64,000 nucleotides of DNA from Thermoplasmata archaeon (GTDB lineage: Archaea; Thermoplasmatota; Thermoplasmata; Lutacidiplasmatales; UBA184), in assembly GCA_027315455.1 (NCBI GenBank), contig DAHUXZ010000004.1, positions 9,009 to 73,008 of the forward strand, written 5' to 3'. A program made the position numbers and the translations under genes. The notes under the pieces are model-generated. The model did no database searches and was not told the DNA's origin. It worked only from the letters and a program-made list of their open reading frames with translations. Below are positions 9,216 to 18,553 of this stretch, piece after piece; the first letter of the stretch is position 1; every line of letters starts with the position of its first letter.

Positions 9216-12208
9216 GTCGACCCGGGCGGCCGCCGCGGCCGCCTCAGCCCGGCCCAGACCCGGTCGCCGAGGAGGAACAAGGTCGCCGGGACGAGGTAGG
9301 TCCGCACGACCATCGCGTCCAGGAGGACCGCCGCCGCGACGGAGAACCCGATCGCCTGGAGGATGTGGAAGTCGCCGGTGAGGAGGATCGCGAAGGCGCT
9401 CGCGAGGATGACGGCGGCCGCGGTGATGATCCCTCCGGTCGTCGCGATCGCTTCGACGGTCGCCTCGCTGGCCGAGCGGCCCCGGACCCGCTCCTCCCGG
9501 ACCCGGGTCAGGAGGAAGATGTTGTAGTCGATGCCGAGCCCGAGGATGAGGATGAACAGGACCGTCGGCACGAAGAAGAACAGGGGGATCCCGAACCCGA
9601 TAGTCAGGACGAGGTGCGTGACGGCCCAGGCCCAGGCGATCGAGAGCCCGATCGTCGCGACGGCCATCGGCGGGATGAGCCACGAGCGCAGCACGGCGAA
9701 TAGGACGACGACGAGGCCGATGGAGACGGCGATCGCCATGCGCTCCGTCGCGAGCGAGGTCTGCTGCTGGAGGTCGCTCGTGACCGCGGCCCCGCCGGCC
9801 CATCCCGTCGCGACGAGGTCGGGATGCGCGCTTGCGAAGGCGTCGGTGGTCGAGCGGAGCGTCGTGAGCAGGCCGACGGTCGAACCGGAAAGGCCGCTCG
9901 TTGCCGGCTGGACGGTGAGGAGGACCGTCCGCCCGTCGTGGCCCACGTAGCCCGCGAGGAGGCCGCGCAGGTTCACCTGACCGGCCGGTGGAAGGCTCGC
10001 GAAGGACAGCCAGTCGACGAGCGAGGCGCCGTACGGACCGACGGGAGACTGCACGGCCGTGACGCCCGGGGTCGCGTTGAGGGCCTCCCCGAGGGCGGCG
10101 AGGTCGGCGAACTCCGTCGCGTTGACCGCGCTGCCCACGACGAGCGGGCTCGCGAACGTCGCGAGGAGGATCGTCGGGAAGGCGAACCCCGGCCCGAAAT
10201 GGTCGCCGAGCGCCGTGAGCCCGTCGGTCGCCGAGCGCCCGGCCGGCAGCTGCGCGTAGAAGTCGTAGGAGATCGGCGCGGTGAACGCGAGGTAGAGCAG
10301 CGGGACCGACACGAGCAGCACGGCGGCCACGACCGCCTTCGGGTGGCGCTCGACCCGGCGGCCGACCCGGTGGAAGTACGTCCGCTCCTCGCGCCGCCGG
10401 ACCGCCGCGTCGGCGGCGTGGGCCCGAAGCCGCTCGCCCGTGTACGGCCAGAAGATCCGCGCGCCGAGGAGGGTGAGGAACGCCGGGACGATCGTGAGCG
10501 AGACGAGGAGGGCGAGGAGGACGGCGAGCGAGAGGACCATCCCCCACTGGGAGAGGAGGGCCACTCCCGAGAAGGCCAGCGCGAGCGTCGCGATCACGGC
10601 CGTCGCCCCGCTCGTCGCGATCGACTGGCCGGCCCAGGTGACCGTCGTGACGACGGCCTCCTTCGGGTCGGCGCCGCGGAGGATCTCCTCCTTGAACCGT
10701 GCGACGAGGAAGATCGAGTAGTCGGTCCCCACCCCGAGGACGAACGTGTCCTCGAGGGTCTGGGTCGTCGTGTCGACGTGCGTCACGAGCGTGCCCACGA
10801 GGACGAGCCCCCCGATCCCGAGGACGAGGGCGATCCCGAGCCCGCCAAAGGTGATCAGCGGGGCGAGGGGGGCGCGGAAGTAGAGGATCGTGATCGCGAC
10901 GAGCACGAGGACCGTGAGCGGCAGCACGATCGCGAGGCTCGCGCTCAGGTCGGCGCTCTGCGCCTGGTCGAGGGCGGCCGGCCCGGTCTGCCACAGCGCG
11001 ATCCCCCCCGCCGGGTCGGCGGCGACGAGCGCGAGCGGGGCGATGCGGTTGATCTCCACGACGTCGTCGTAGATCGGCTGGTCGCCCCCGGGCGAGGAGT
11101 AGCTCGACGGCTGCGAGAACGACACGATGACGAGGGTCGCGCTACCGCTCGGGTCGACGAACTGCCGCAGGAGGCCCGGCGGGACGGCGAGGGGCCACGC
11201 GGCGACGCTCGTGTTCTCGGCGAGGGAGAGCGTCCAGGCCCCGAGCGCCGCCCCAGCGGCCGCGCCCGTCGGCCAGGTCGACCAGACGAGCGCGATCCAC
11301 GCGGGGGGGAATCCGAGGGCCACGGCGAGCACCCCGATTGCGACGGCGTGCTGCGCGGAGACGTTCGAGAAGTTCCCGAGGTCGAGCCCGGCGAGCACGG
11401 CCGTCGGCACCGCCCGGTCGGACGGGTTCGGGGCGAGGACGTTTAGGACCGGGCCGAGCGTCGCGCGCGCCGTCGCCGTCGCGCACGCGCTCACGTTCGC
11501 CGGGTCCGCGGCGCAGTCGGCCGAGCCGTTGAAGCCGGTGTTGGCGTTCGGCGGGCCGGCGTAGAACGTCGTGAGGACGAAGAGCGCCGTCGCGTTGCCG
11601 CCGAGGCCGGCGGCGGTCGCGTTGTAGGCGGGGACGTTGAACGTCGCCGGGGGGGTCGTGGGATGGGCCGCCACGAGCGCCGACCAGGTGGCGACGTACG
11701 CGCCGGGGACTCCCCAGAGGAGCCCCGCCGTCGCGTTGACGCTGGCGGGCAGCGGGGTCGGTCCGGCGAGGGCGGGCGCGATCCCGCCGAGGGCGACCTG
11801 ACCCATCCCGTCCAAGTAGCCCCCGTAGGCGCTGTAGAGCGTGCTCACCCCGTTTACGTAGCGCAGGGAGGCGTCCGCGCCGACCGCCCGGGCGACGGCG
11901 AGGGTCGCCCCTTGACCGACGGGGCCGGTGATGTTCGGCCCGGCGAGGAGGAGGTAGCTCGCCGACCCTCCCGAGGCGTTCGGGAAGAGCCGGTCGAGCT
12001 CCGCCTGGGCGACGGTGCTCGGCGCGTCGCTGGGGAGGGTCGTCGCCGAGTTCTGGGTGACCGACGAGACCCGCGAGAGGAACGGCAGCGCGACGAGGAG
12101 CAGGACGATCCAGAAGAGGATGGGGTACCAGGGGTGGCGCACGATCCCCCGGCCGAGCCGCGCGAACGGCCCCGTGGGGGCCGGGCGAGCGCTCCCCGAC
12201 GCGGCCAT
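9212..12208 (-). CDS. MMPL/RND-superfamily membrane transporter (998 aa)
   Basis: Two repeated MMPL signature blocks (GTDYSIFLVARFKEE and GIDYNIFLLTRVREE), each followed by clustered TM helices, and large extracytoplasmic loops. Confidence 0.85.
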   Translation of the reverse strand: MAASGSARPAPTGPFARLGRGIVRHPWYPILFWIVLLLVALPFLSRVSSVTQNSATTLPSDAPSTVAQAELDRLFPNASGGSASYLLLAGPNITGPVGQGATLAVARAVGADASLRYVNGVSTLYSAYGGYLDGMGQVALGGIAPALAGPTPLPASVNATAGLLWGVPGAYVATWSALVAAHPTTPPATFNVPAYNATAAGLGGNATALFVLTTFYAGPPNANTGFNGSADCAADPANVSACATATARATLGPVLNVLAPNPSDRAVPTAVLAGLDLGNFSNVSAQHAVAIGVLAVALGFPPAWIALVWSTWPTGAAAGAALGAWTLSLAENTSVAAWPLAVPPGLLRQFVDPSGSATLVIVSFSQPSSYSSPGGDQPIYDDVVEINRIAPLALVAADPAGGIALWQTGPAALDQAQSADLSASLAIVLPLTVLVLVAITILYFRAPLAPLITFGGLGIALVLGIGGLVLVGTLVTHVDTTTQTLEDTFVLGVGTDYSIFLVARFKEEILRGADPKEAVVTTVTWAGQSIATSGATAVIATLALAFSGVALLSQWGMVLSLAVLLALLVSLTIVPAFLTLLGARIFWPYTGERLRAHAADAAVRRREERTYFHRVGRRVERHPKAVVAAVLLVSVPLLYLAFTAPISYDFYAQLPAGRSATDGLTALGDHFGPGFAFPTILLATFASPLVVGSAVNATEFADLAALGEALNATPGVTAVQSPVGPYGASLVDWLSFASLPPAGQVNLRGLLAGYVGHDGRTVLLTVQPATSGLSGSTVGLLTTLRSTTDAFASAHPDLVATGWAGGAAVTSDLQQQTSLATERMAIAVSIGLVVVLFAVLRSWLIPPMAVATIGLSIAWAWAVTHLVLTIGFGIPLFFFVPTVLFILILGLGIDYNIFLLTRVREERVRGRSASEATVEAIATTGGIITAAAVILASAFAILLTGDFHILQAIGFSVAAAVLLDAMVVRTYLVPATLFLLGDRVWAGLRRPRRPPGST

Positions 12209-12238
12209 CGCGCCCCCGTAGGGTGCGGGCGCAAAAGG

Positions 12239-13198
12239 CTAACCGGTCCCCGGGGCGGCGGCCGCGCCGCCGCCCGCCGGACGGCCCCAGCGCGGGGGGA
12301 ACCGGGACGATTCGGCGAGGACGCGCTCGAGGTCGATCGCCCAGCCGTGCCGCACCCGGTCGAGCTCGCCGGAGGCGGCCCGCGCGCGGCCGATGGCGAG
12401 CGCCTCGCCGGCGGCCGTCGTGAGGACGACGTGGGCGCCCGCCGCGAAGGGGCGCGAGACGCCGAGCACTCCTCCCGCGGCGAGCCCGGCCCCGTGGACG
12501 ACGGCCGAGGCGGCCGGCTCCTTCAGGCGGACGAGCGGGAACTCGCGCAGGACCTCGTCGATCGGGTGGAGGAGGGTGAGGAGCGCCGCCGCGTCGCCCT
12601 CGCGGGCGCGCGCCGCGGCATCGGCGACGGCCGTGAGGGGCACGGCCATCGCCTCGGTGAACGGCCCGGTCCCCGTGCGCCGCAGCTCCTCGAGGTGACC
12701 CCCGACGCCCAACGCCTCGCCGAGGTCGACGGCGAGGGTGCGCACGTAGGTGCCGGAATCGCACGTCACGTCGATAAGGCAGCGCGTGCCGTCGAACTCG
12801 AATAGCTCGAGGCGGTGGATCGTCCGCACGCGCCGCTCGCGCTTGACGGCCGAGCGGACCGGTGGGGTCTGGAAGATCGGCCCGGTGAACTCCGCGACCG
12901 CCCGGGCCATCTCCTCGGCCGCGACGCGCCCGTGGAGGACGACGACGCCGATGTAGCGCTTCGGGAACTCGAGGAGGAGGGGGAGAAGCTTGAGCGCCGG
13001 GCCCACGCCGACCCAGAGGATCCCCGAGACGTTCGGGTCGAGGGTCCCGGCGTGCCCGGCCCGCTCGACCCCGAGGAGGTCGCGCGCCCACGCCGTGGCC
13101 TGGTGCGAGGTCGGCCCGCGCGGCTTGTCGACGAGGAGGAACGCTCCCGCGGCGAGTCGCTCGCGGACCGGCTCCGGGAACGCCGCGGGGGCGCTCAC
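12239..13198 (-). CDS. cbf5: H/ACA RNP pseudouridine synthase Cbf5 (TruB family with PUA domain)
   Basis: TruB catalytic block HAGTLDPNVSGIL and a C-terminal PUA-like region. Canonical position downstream of cmk in archaeal clusters. Confidence 0.9.
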   Translation of the reverse strand: MSAPAAFPEPVRERLAAGAFLLVDKPRGPTSHQATAWARDLLGVERAGHAGTLDPNVSGILWVGVGPALKLLPLLLEFPKRYIGVVVLHGRVAAEEMARAVAEFTGPIFQTPPVRSAVKRERRVRTIHRLELFEFDGTRCLIDVTCDSGTYVRTLAVDLGEALGVGGHLEELRRTGTGPFTEAMAVPLTAVADAAARAREGDAAALLTLLHPIDEVLREFPLVRLKEPAASAVVHGAGLAAGGVLGVSRPFAAGAHVVLTTAAGEALAIGRARAASGELDRVRHGWAIDLERVLAESSRFPPRWGRPAGGGAAAAPGTG

Positions 13199-13737
13199 GG
13201 GTCCCCCCGGTGGGCGCGGACGAAGTCGGCGAGCGCTTCCGCGACGGCCTCGGGCGGCCGCTGCGTCGAGTCGACGACGAAATCGGCCGGCTCCGCGTCG
13301 AGGTCGATATCGTAGTAGCGGCGGTAGCGCTCCCGCTCGCTCGCCTCGCGCGCGAGGGTCCGCGCGCGCGCCTCGGCGACGTTGAGCCCGTCGCGCCCGG
13401 CGAGGCGGCGGTAGCGCTCCTCGTCACGCGCGGTCACGACCAGGTAGAGGACGGGGAGGCCGCGGCGGCGCAAGAGCGCCCCGGTGACCCGGCCCTCGAG
13501 CAGGCGCGACGGGGCGGCGAGCCCCAGCATGCGCTCGTCCAGGTCCCGGTCGACCTCGGGATGGGCCTCGGCGTACCGGCCGAGCTCGGCGAGGGTGAGC
13601 CCCCGCTCGGCCGCCTCGGCGCGGAACAGCTCCCCCGCGCTCACGTAGTCGACGCCGAGGAGGGCCGCCGCGCGCCGCCCGGCCGTGGTCTTCCCGCTCC
13701 CGGGCGGGCCGGTGAGCGTCGCGATGCGGCCCGTCAC
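13195..13737 (-). CDS. cmk: Cytidylate kinase (archaeal type)
   Basis: P-loop GPPGSGKTT near the N-terminus. GTG at 13737 overlaps the upstream stop (GTGA). The tracked ORF extends spuriously to 13998. Confidence 0.85.
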   Translation of the reverse strand: MTGRIATLTGPPGSGKTTAGRRAAALLGVDYVSAGELFRAEAAERGLTLAELGRYAEAHPEVDRDLDERMLGLAAPSRLLEGRVTGALLRRRGLPVLYLVVTARDEERYRRLAGRDGLNVAEARARTLAREASERERYRRYYDIDLDAEPADFVVDSTQRPPEAVAEALADFVRAHRGDP

Positions 13738-14501
13738 GCGCCCCCGGCCGGGCCGGCGTCCGCCCCCGGGGCGGCGCGGGCGGCCGCGTAGCGGCGCAGC
13801 GTCACGTGCTTGAGGAGCCGGCGCAGGACGACCGAGCTCGGGACGGTGTAGAGGGTGAAGACGAGGAACCAGAGCGGCGGGTACGACCAGCCGAACGGCC
13901 CCCGGTTGAGGTCGATGACGGCCCCGCCGATGTTGACGAACGGCGCCGCGGCGACGAACAGGCCCACCCAGGTGTAGATCGCGATGACGAGGAACCACGT
14001 CACCGCCATCCCCTTGAGCTGGGCCATCGACACCTCGCTCGAGAGCGCCGTCAGGCGCTGCTGGTGCGGGCGGAGCGCCTCGATGCGGTCCTTCTTGCCG
14101 GAGCGGATCGCCGTCATCTGGACCTTGCGGAACGCGGCCGACCAGCTCTGCACCCGCGCCGCCTTGACCCAGTCGGTCGTGAAGTTGTACGCGAGCGCCG
14201 TGAGCGCCATCTCGAAGACGGCGGCGAGCAGCATCGTCAAGAGGACGTAGCTCCCGCCGAAGCCGATCACGGGGCTCAGGAGCGAGCCGATGACGCCGGC
14301 GATGGCCTCCCGCGTGCTCGTCGAGAAGAGCATGTAGATGCCCATGACGAAGAGAAAGGTGTAGACGAACGTCGAGACCTTGAACGTGGGCGGCGGCGGG
14401 CGGACCGGGCCGGCGGCGGCCGCGGTGTCCGACTGCTCCGTCTCGGACGCCGACGGGAGCGGCGAGGCGTCCTCGGCGCCGTCCTCCGCGTCGTCGGCCA
14501 C
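13734..14501 (-). CDS. DUF106-family membrane protein (archaeal YidC/Oxa1/EMC3-like insertase candidate)
   Basis: Three hydrophobic segments plus a central charged helix (KVQMTAIRSGKKDRIEALRPHQQRL). Conserved position immediately downstream of secY. Acidic N-terminal tail. Confidence 0.7.
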   Translation of the reverse strand: MADDAEDGAEDASPLPSASETEQSDTAAAAGPVRPPPPTFKVSTFVYTFLFVMGIYMLFSTSTREAIAGVIGSLLSPVIGFGGSYVLLTMLLAAVFEMALTALAYNFTTDWVKAARVQSWSAAFRKVQMTAIRSGKKDRIEALRPHQQRLTALSSEVSMAQLKGMAVTWFLVIAIYTWVGLFVAAAPFVNIGGAVIDLNRGPFGWSYPPLWFLVFTLYTVPSSVVLRRLLKHVTLRRYAAARAAPGADAGPAGGA

Positions 14502-14502
14502 G

Positions 14503-16266
14503 CTACTCGCCTCCGAGGAAGCGCCGGAGGAGCGGGTTCATCTCCATCAGCTGCTCGCGGCCCATCGCCTCGTAGAGGTTGATGATGATCCCTACGGTGA
14601 GCAGGACCCCGGTTCCGCTGGCATTGCCGACGGTGCCGATGAGGTCCGCGCCGGCGGCGAGCGCCCCGACGGCCGCACCGGAGATGACGGTGATCACCGG
14701 GATGTAGCGCGCGAGGACCCGCCGGAGCACCCGCGGCTCGCGCCGGAACCCCGGGATCTGCATGCCGCTCGCCTCGATCTGGCGCGCGACGGCCTCGGGA
14801 CCCATGTTCGTCGTCTGGATCCAGAACTTCGCGAAGAGGATGGAGCCGAGGACCATGACGGAGAAGTAGATCCCGACGTGGGCGAGGTCCTGCCACCACG
14901 CGTGGCCGACCAGGAAGCTGCCGTACTGCTGCGGGTTGAGCAGGGGGAGGAGCCATGACTCGAGCCCGTTGACCGTCGACAGGTAGTACGCCCCGCCCAT
15001 GAGCGGCGTCGTCTGGCTGACGCCGAGCTGGGTCGCCTGGGCGCTCGTCGCGTAGGCCCCGATCCACCACTGGTGGCCGAGGAGCGGGAAGTGCGCGAGC
15101 GTCGAGTTGCCCCAGAGGAGGATCGAGAACATCGAGACGTTGGCGAGGAGCGCCGCCATCAGGATGACCGGGATGTTGGACGCGTAGATCAGGCGCAGCG
15201 GATAGCGGCCGCGCGCCCCGCGGGCCTCGGCGTGCGAGAGCGGCAGCTCGATGCGGGTGGACTCCGTCCAGGCCACCAGGAAGAAGATCGCCGCGGTGCC
15301 GGCGAGCGCCACGAGGGGGTTCGGCGCATGCAAGAGGACCTGCTCCCACCCTCCGCTCGCCATGTTGCCGGCGTTGTAGTTGGTGAAGAACCAGATCGTC
15401 TTCGGGATCGTCCCGCTCGGCGGGTTCGTCGCGCTCACGGGCAGCGCCGGGTTCGCCGGCAGCCAGTTGAGCGTCCCCTGGACGATTTGCTGGGAGACCC
15501 CCGCCGCGATGAACAGCGAGATCCCGCTGCCGATCCCCCACTTGGAGACGACCTCGTCCATCAGGAAGACGAGGTAGCTGCCGAAGACGAGCTGCGCGAC
15601 GATGATCGCATCGGCGAGGAGGATCCCGTTGCCCGGGGACGACGCGTTGAGCGATGAGACGAGCGTCTGGGACGGCGAGAGGTAGCCGAAGACCTGGGGG
15701 ATCGCCTCGACGAAGATCATCGCGACGACCATCACCTTCTGGGCCCCCTGGTACATCCCCTTGTCCTCGTCGTCGGTGAGGTCCAGGTTGATGATCTTGG
15801 CCCCGGTGAACAGCTGCATGATGATCGACCCCGTGACGATGGGGCCGATCCCGAGGTGCATGAGCGTCCCCTGCTGGCCGGCGAGGATCGCCCGGTAGCT
15901 CTGGAAGAGGTCGACGACCGTCTGCTGGTCGACGCCGTAGAGGAAGATGTTCGTCAGGAGGAAGTACAGGAGGAGGATGACCACCGTCCAGAACATCTTC
16001 TGGCGGAAGTGGACGTGGCCCTTCGGCTGGGAGACGGCCGGCATCCGGGAGGTGATCGGCTTGAGCCCGTACAGCTTCGACTTGGGCCCGTCGTACGAGA
16101 GACCCAGGAAGACGAGCCCCAGGACCCCGGCGATCGCTGCGGCGGTGAGGCCGAAGGCGATGAGCGTCGGGCGCCCCCAGAACCAATCGATGACCAATAG
16201 AACGAGGCCCACCAGGAGGACCGGGGCCGCCCAGCGGTAATCGCGGGGGATCTCCTCCTCGGCCAT
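14503..16266 (-). CDS. secY: Preprotein translocase subunit SecY (587 aa, N-terminally extended)
   Basis: SecY core starts around MPAVSQPKGHVHFRQKMFWTVVILLLYF and continues through 10 TM segments. An extra ~75 aa lies upstream, in frame from the ATG at 16266. Confidence 0.95.
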   Translation of the reverse strand: MAEEEIPRDYRWAAPVLLVGLVLLVIDWFWGRPTLIAFGLTAAAIAGVLGLVFLGLSYDGPKSKLYGLKPITSRMPAVSQPKGHVHFRQKMFWTVVILLLYFLLTNIFLYGVDQQTVVDLFQSYRAILAGQQGTLMHLGIGPIVTGSIIMQLFTGAKIINLDLTDDEDKGMYQGAQKVMVVAMIFVEAIPQVFGYLSPSQTLVSSLNASSPGNGILLADAIIVAQLVFGSYLVFLMDEVVSKWGIGSGISLFIAAGVSQQIVQGTLNWLPANPALPVSATNPPSGTIPKTIWFFTNYNAGNMASGGWEQVLLHAPNPLVALAGTAAIFFLVAWTESTRIELPLSHAEARGARGRYPLRLIYASNIPVILMAALLANVSMFSILLWGNSTLAHFPLLGHQWWIGAYATSAQATQLGVSQTTPLMGGAYYLSTVNGLESWLLPLLNPQQYGSFLVGHAWWQDLAHVGIYFSVMVLGSILFAKFWIQTTNMGPEAVARQIEASGMQIPGFRREPRVLRRVLARYIPVITVISGAAVGALAAGADLIGTVGNASGTGVLLTVGIIINLYEAMGREQLMEMNPLLRRFLGGE

Positions 16267-16294
16267 CCGACTCCGTTCGACCCGCGAGGCGCCC

Positions 16295-16300
16295 TATATA
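16295..16300 (-). promoter_or_regulatory. TATA box (TATATA) upstream of secY
   Basis: AT island in the uL15-secY spacer, 29-34 nt upstream of the secY ATG (16266). Confidence 0.5.
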
Positions 16301-16316
16301 CTCTGCGGGGGTCCCA

Positions 16317-16742
16317 TCACGCCGCCGCGGGCGGGGCGCTCAGGACCTCGACCTTCTCGCGGGCGTGGCGCGTCGCGTGGGGGACGAAGACCTTCCACCC
16401 GGCGGGGGCCTCGCCCTTGCCGAGCAGGCGGTCGACCCCGATCTTCGCGAGGTCCGCCTCGACGCGGTCGCCCTCCCGACGGATCGCCCCCGCGGCCTCG
16501 AGCAGCGGGACGAGGGCGCCCAGGTCGCCGACGTTCGCCGTCCGCGGCTCCGTCACGATCTCCGGCGGGCGCTTGAACCCGTGGCGGCCGAAGTGGTCCG
16601 GCGCGTAGATCAGCATCGACTTGAACTTGTACTTGTGGAGGCCGGCGTTCCCGCGCCCGCCCTGCTTGCCGGCGCCGCGGCCCGCCTTGATCCCCCGGCC
16701 GTGGGTGCGCAGTCCCCGGAACTTCCGCGTGCGGCTCGGCAT
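16317..16742 (-). CDS. rpl15: 50S ribosomal protein uL15
   Basis: N-terminus MPSRTRKFRGLRTHGRG...GRGNAG, and operon position. Confidence 0.95.
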   Translation of the reverse strand: MPSRTRKFRGLRTHGRGIKAGRGAGKQGGRGNAGLHKYKFKSMLIYAPDHFGRHGFKRPPEIVTEPRTANVGDLGALVPLLEAAGAIRREGDRVEADLAKIGVDRLLGKGEAPAGWKVFVPHATRHAREKVEVLSAPPAAA

Positions 16743-16748
16743 GGTATC

Positions 16749-17183
16749 CTACAGCATCCTCCGCGCGAGATCGTTGATGGCGCGTCCCCGGTAGCCCAGG
16801 GCCCCGCCGACCGCGAACGCCTTCTTGGTCGAGCGCCAGCCGCCCTTCGGGGCGCGCAGGCGGAACAGCGGGCGGACCGTATGGGTCGCGGGAAGCCCCG
16901 CGGAGAGGACCGTTCGGCCCACCGCCGCGACGTCCTCGCCGGCTCCGAGCGCCGAGCCGTCGGCCCGCACGCCCCGCTGCGCCAGGAGGAGCTCAACGGT
17001 CTCCGGCTCGACCTCCCCCCAGGTGACGTAGCCCTGGACCTTCGTGAGCATCCCCCGGTAGTCGGGGGCCTCGGGGACGACGGTCGCGTGGTTCGGCCGG
17101 TTGAGGTGGAGCGCGTGCAGCGTCGCGATGATGTCGTGGCGCGCATGGATCGAGCCCCGGACCCGGATGATCATCCACGCCAT
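16749..17183 (-). CDS. rpl30: 50S ribosomal protein uL30
   Basis: IRVRGSIHARHDIIATLHALHLNRPNHA pattern, and operon position. Confidence 0.95.
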   Translation of the reverse strand: MAWMIIRVRGSIHARHDIIATLHALHLNRPNHATVVPEAPDYRGMLTKVQGYVTWGEVEPETVELLLAQRGVRADGSALGAGEDVAAVGRTVLSAGLPATHTVRPLFRLRAPKGGWRSTKKAFAVGGALGYRGRAINDLARRML

Positions 17184-17186
17184 GGC

Positions 17187-18029
17187 CTACCTCCGCACCG
17201 GTGGGCGTCCGCCCCCCGGTCCCCGGCGCGGCGGGCCGCGCCCCGGTCCCCCGCGCCCGGGGCCGCCGCGGCCCCGGCCGCGTCCCCCGGGTCCGCCGCG
17301 CGGACCGGGCGGGAGATCCTCCTTCGGCGGGAGGATCGAGGCGCCGATGGCGCCCCGGACGATCTTGAGCCGCTCGGCGTCCGTCTCCGGGACCTTGAGC
17401 TCGCTCAGCGACGTGAGCGCGCGGAAGACCGCCTGGGCGTAATTGACCGTGGTCTTCGTGTGCCCCTCGGTGAATCCCCACGCGTCGGTGAACCCCGCGA
17501 AGCGCAGGATCGGCTTCGCGACGTCGCCGACGGCGAGGCCGACGCCGCGCGGGGCGGGCTTGAGCGAGACGACGACGCTGCCGGAGCGGCCGCGGACGAG
17601 GAACGGAACGGTGTGGGACCGGCCGCAGCCGCACTCCCAGCTGCCGCATCCCCGGAGGACCTCCATGACATGGAGCTTCGCGCGGTCGATGGCCCGGCGG
17701 ATCGTCGGCCCGACCTCCTTGCCCTTCGCGCGGCCGAGACCGACGAACCCGTCGCCGTTGCCGACGACGACGGTGACGGCGAACTTGAACCGCCGTCCCG
17801 AGTCGGTCATCCGCTGGACCATGTTGACGTCGAGGACCTCGTCATGGAGCCCCGGCAGCAGCTGGTCGACGATCCCCGCCTCGCGCAGCGGGAGGCCGGT
17901 GCGGAGTGCCTCGCCCATCGAGGTGATCTCGCCGGAGTGGACCCGGCGGCCCAGCTCGGTCTTCGGCACCCACGGCGGCGCGGCGGGGCCGGGGGGCCCG
18001 GAGGACGGCCGGCCCATCGACGCGCTCAT
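17187..18029 (-). CDS. rps5: 30S ribosomal protein uS5 with RG-rich C-terminal tail
   Basis: S5 dsRBD and C-terminal domains (FKFAVTVVVGNGDGFVGLGRAKGKEV...) followed by a ~40-aa PGPRGGPGGRGRGRGG... tail. Confidence 0.95.
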   Translation of the reverse strand: MSASMGRPSSGPPGPAAPPWVPKTELGRRVHSGEITSMGEALRTGLPLREAGIVDQLLPGLHDEVLDVNMVQRMTDSGRRFKFAVTVVVGNGDGFVGLGRAKGKEVGPTIRRAIDRAKLHVMEVLRGCGSWECGCGRSHTVPFLVRGRSGSVVVSLKPAPRGVGLAVGDVAKPILRFAGFTDAWGFTEGHTKTTVNYAQAVFRALTSLSELKVPETDAERLKIVRGAIGASILPPKEDLPPGPRGGPGGRGRGRGGPGRGGPGRGPPRRGPGGGRPPVRR

Positions 18030-18553
18030 GCCGTCTCCGCGGGGCGGGCGGTGATCGTCGGGAGCTTGGCCCGGTAGGACTCGAGCGGGGCGGGGAGCGG
18101 CGGCCTGAGGTGGGTGCCGTTGAGGCGGTCGGAGGAGGGAAGGCTGCCCTCGCCGTGGGGGATCGCAAGCCCCGCGTCGAGCAGCCCCTTGAGCGCGCTC
18201 TGGAGGCGGCCGCCCGGGACCGGGCGACGCAGTCCCGCGTCGAGGACCGCCCCGGTCTCGCCCGCCCCCTTCGCCCGAAGGCCGGCGAGGTACCCCGTGA
18301 GGTACGAGGCCGGGGTCGAGACGAGTCCGTGGGCGGGGAAGCCGACGCGCGTGAGCTCGTGGCTGTCGGCCGAGGCGACGATGCGGTCGCCGACCGGGTC
18401 GAACGCCGTCACGGCGACCCAGATGCGGCCGTGGGAGAAGCGGACGACGGCGCGGGGCAGGCCCGAGCTCAGGAGCTTCAGGCGGGAGCGGTAGTCGGTC
18501 CGTGCCTCGCGGCGGCGCCGGAAGGCGACCCGGTAGCGCGGTCCCGGCTTCAT
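18026..18553 (-). CDS. rpl18: 50S ribosomal protein uL18
   Basis: MKPGPRYRVAFRRRREARTDYRSRLKLL start. ATG at 18553 overlaps the eL19 stop. Confidence 0.95.
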   Translation of the reverse strand: MKPGPRYRVAFRRRREARTDYRSRLKLLSSGLPRAVVRFSHGRIWVAVTAFDPVGDRIVASADSHELTRVGFPAHGLVSTPASYLTGYLAGLRAKGAGETGAVLDAGLRRPVPGGRLQSALKGLLDAGLAIPHGEGSLPSSDRLNGTHLRPPLPAPLESYRAKLPTITARPAETA

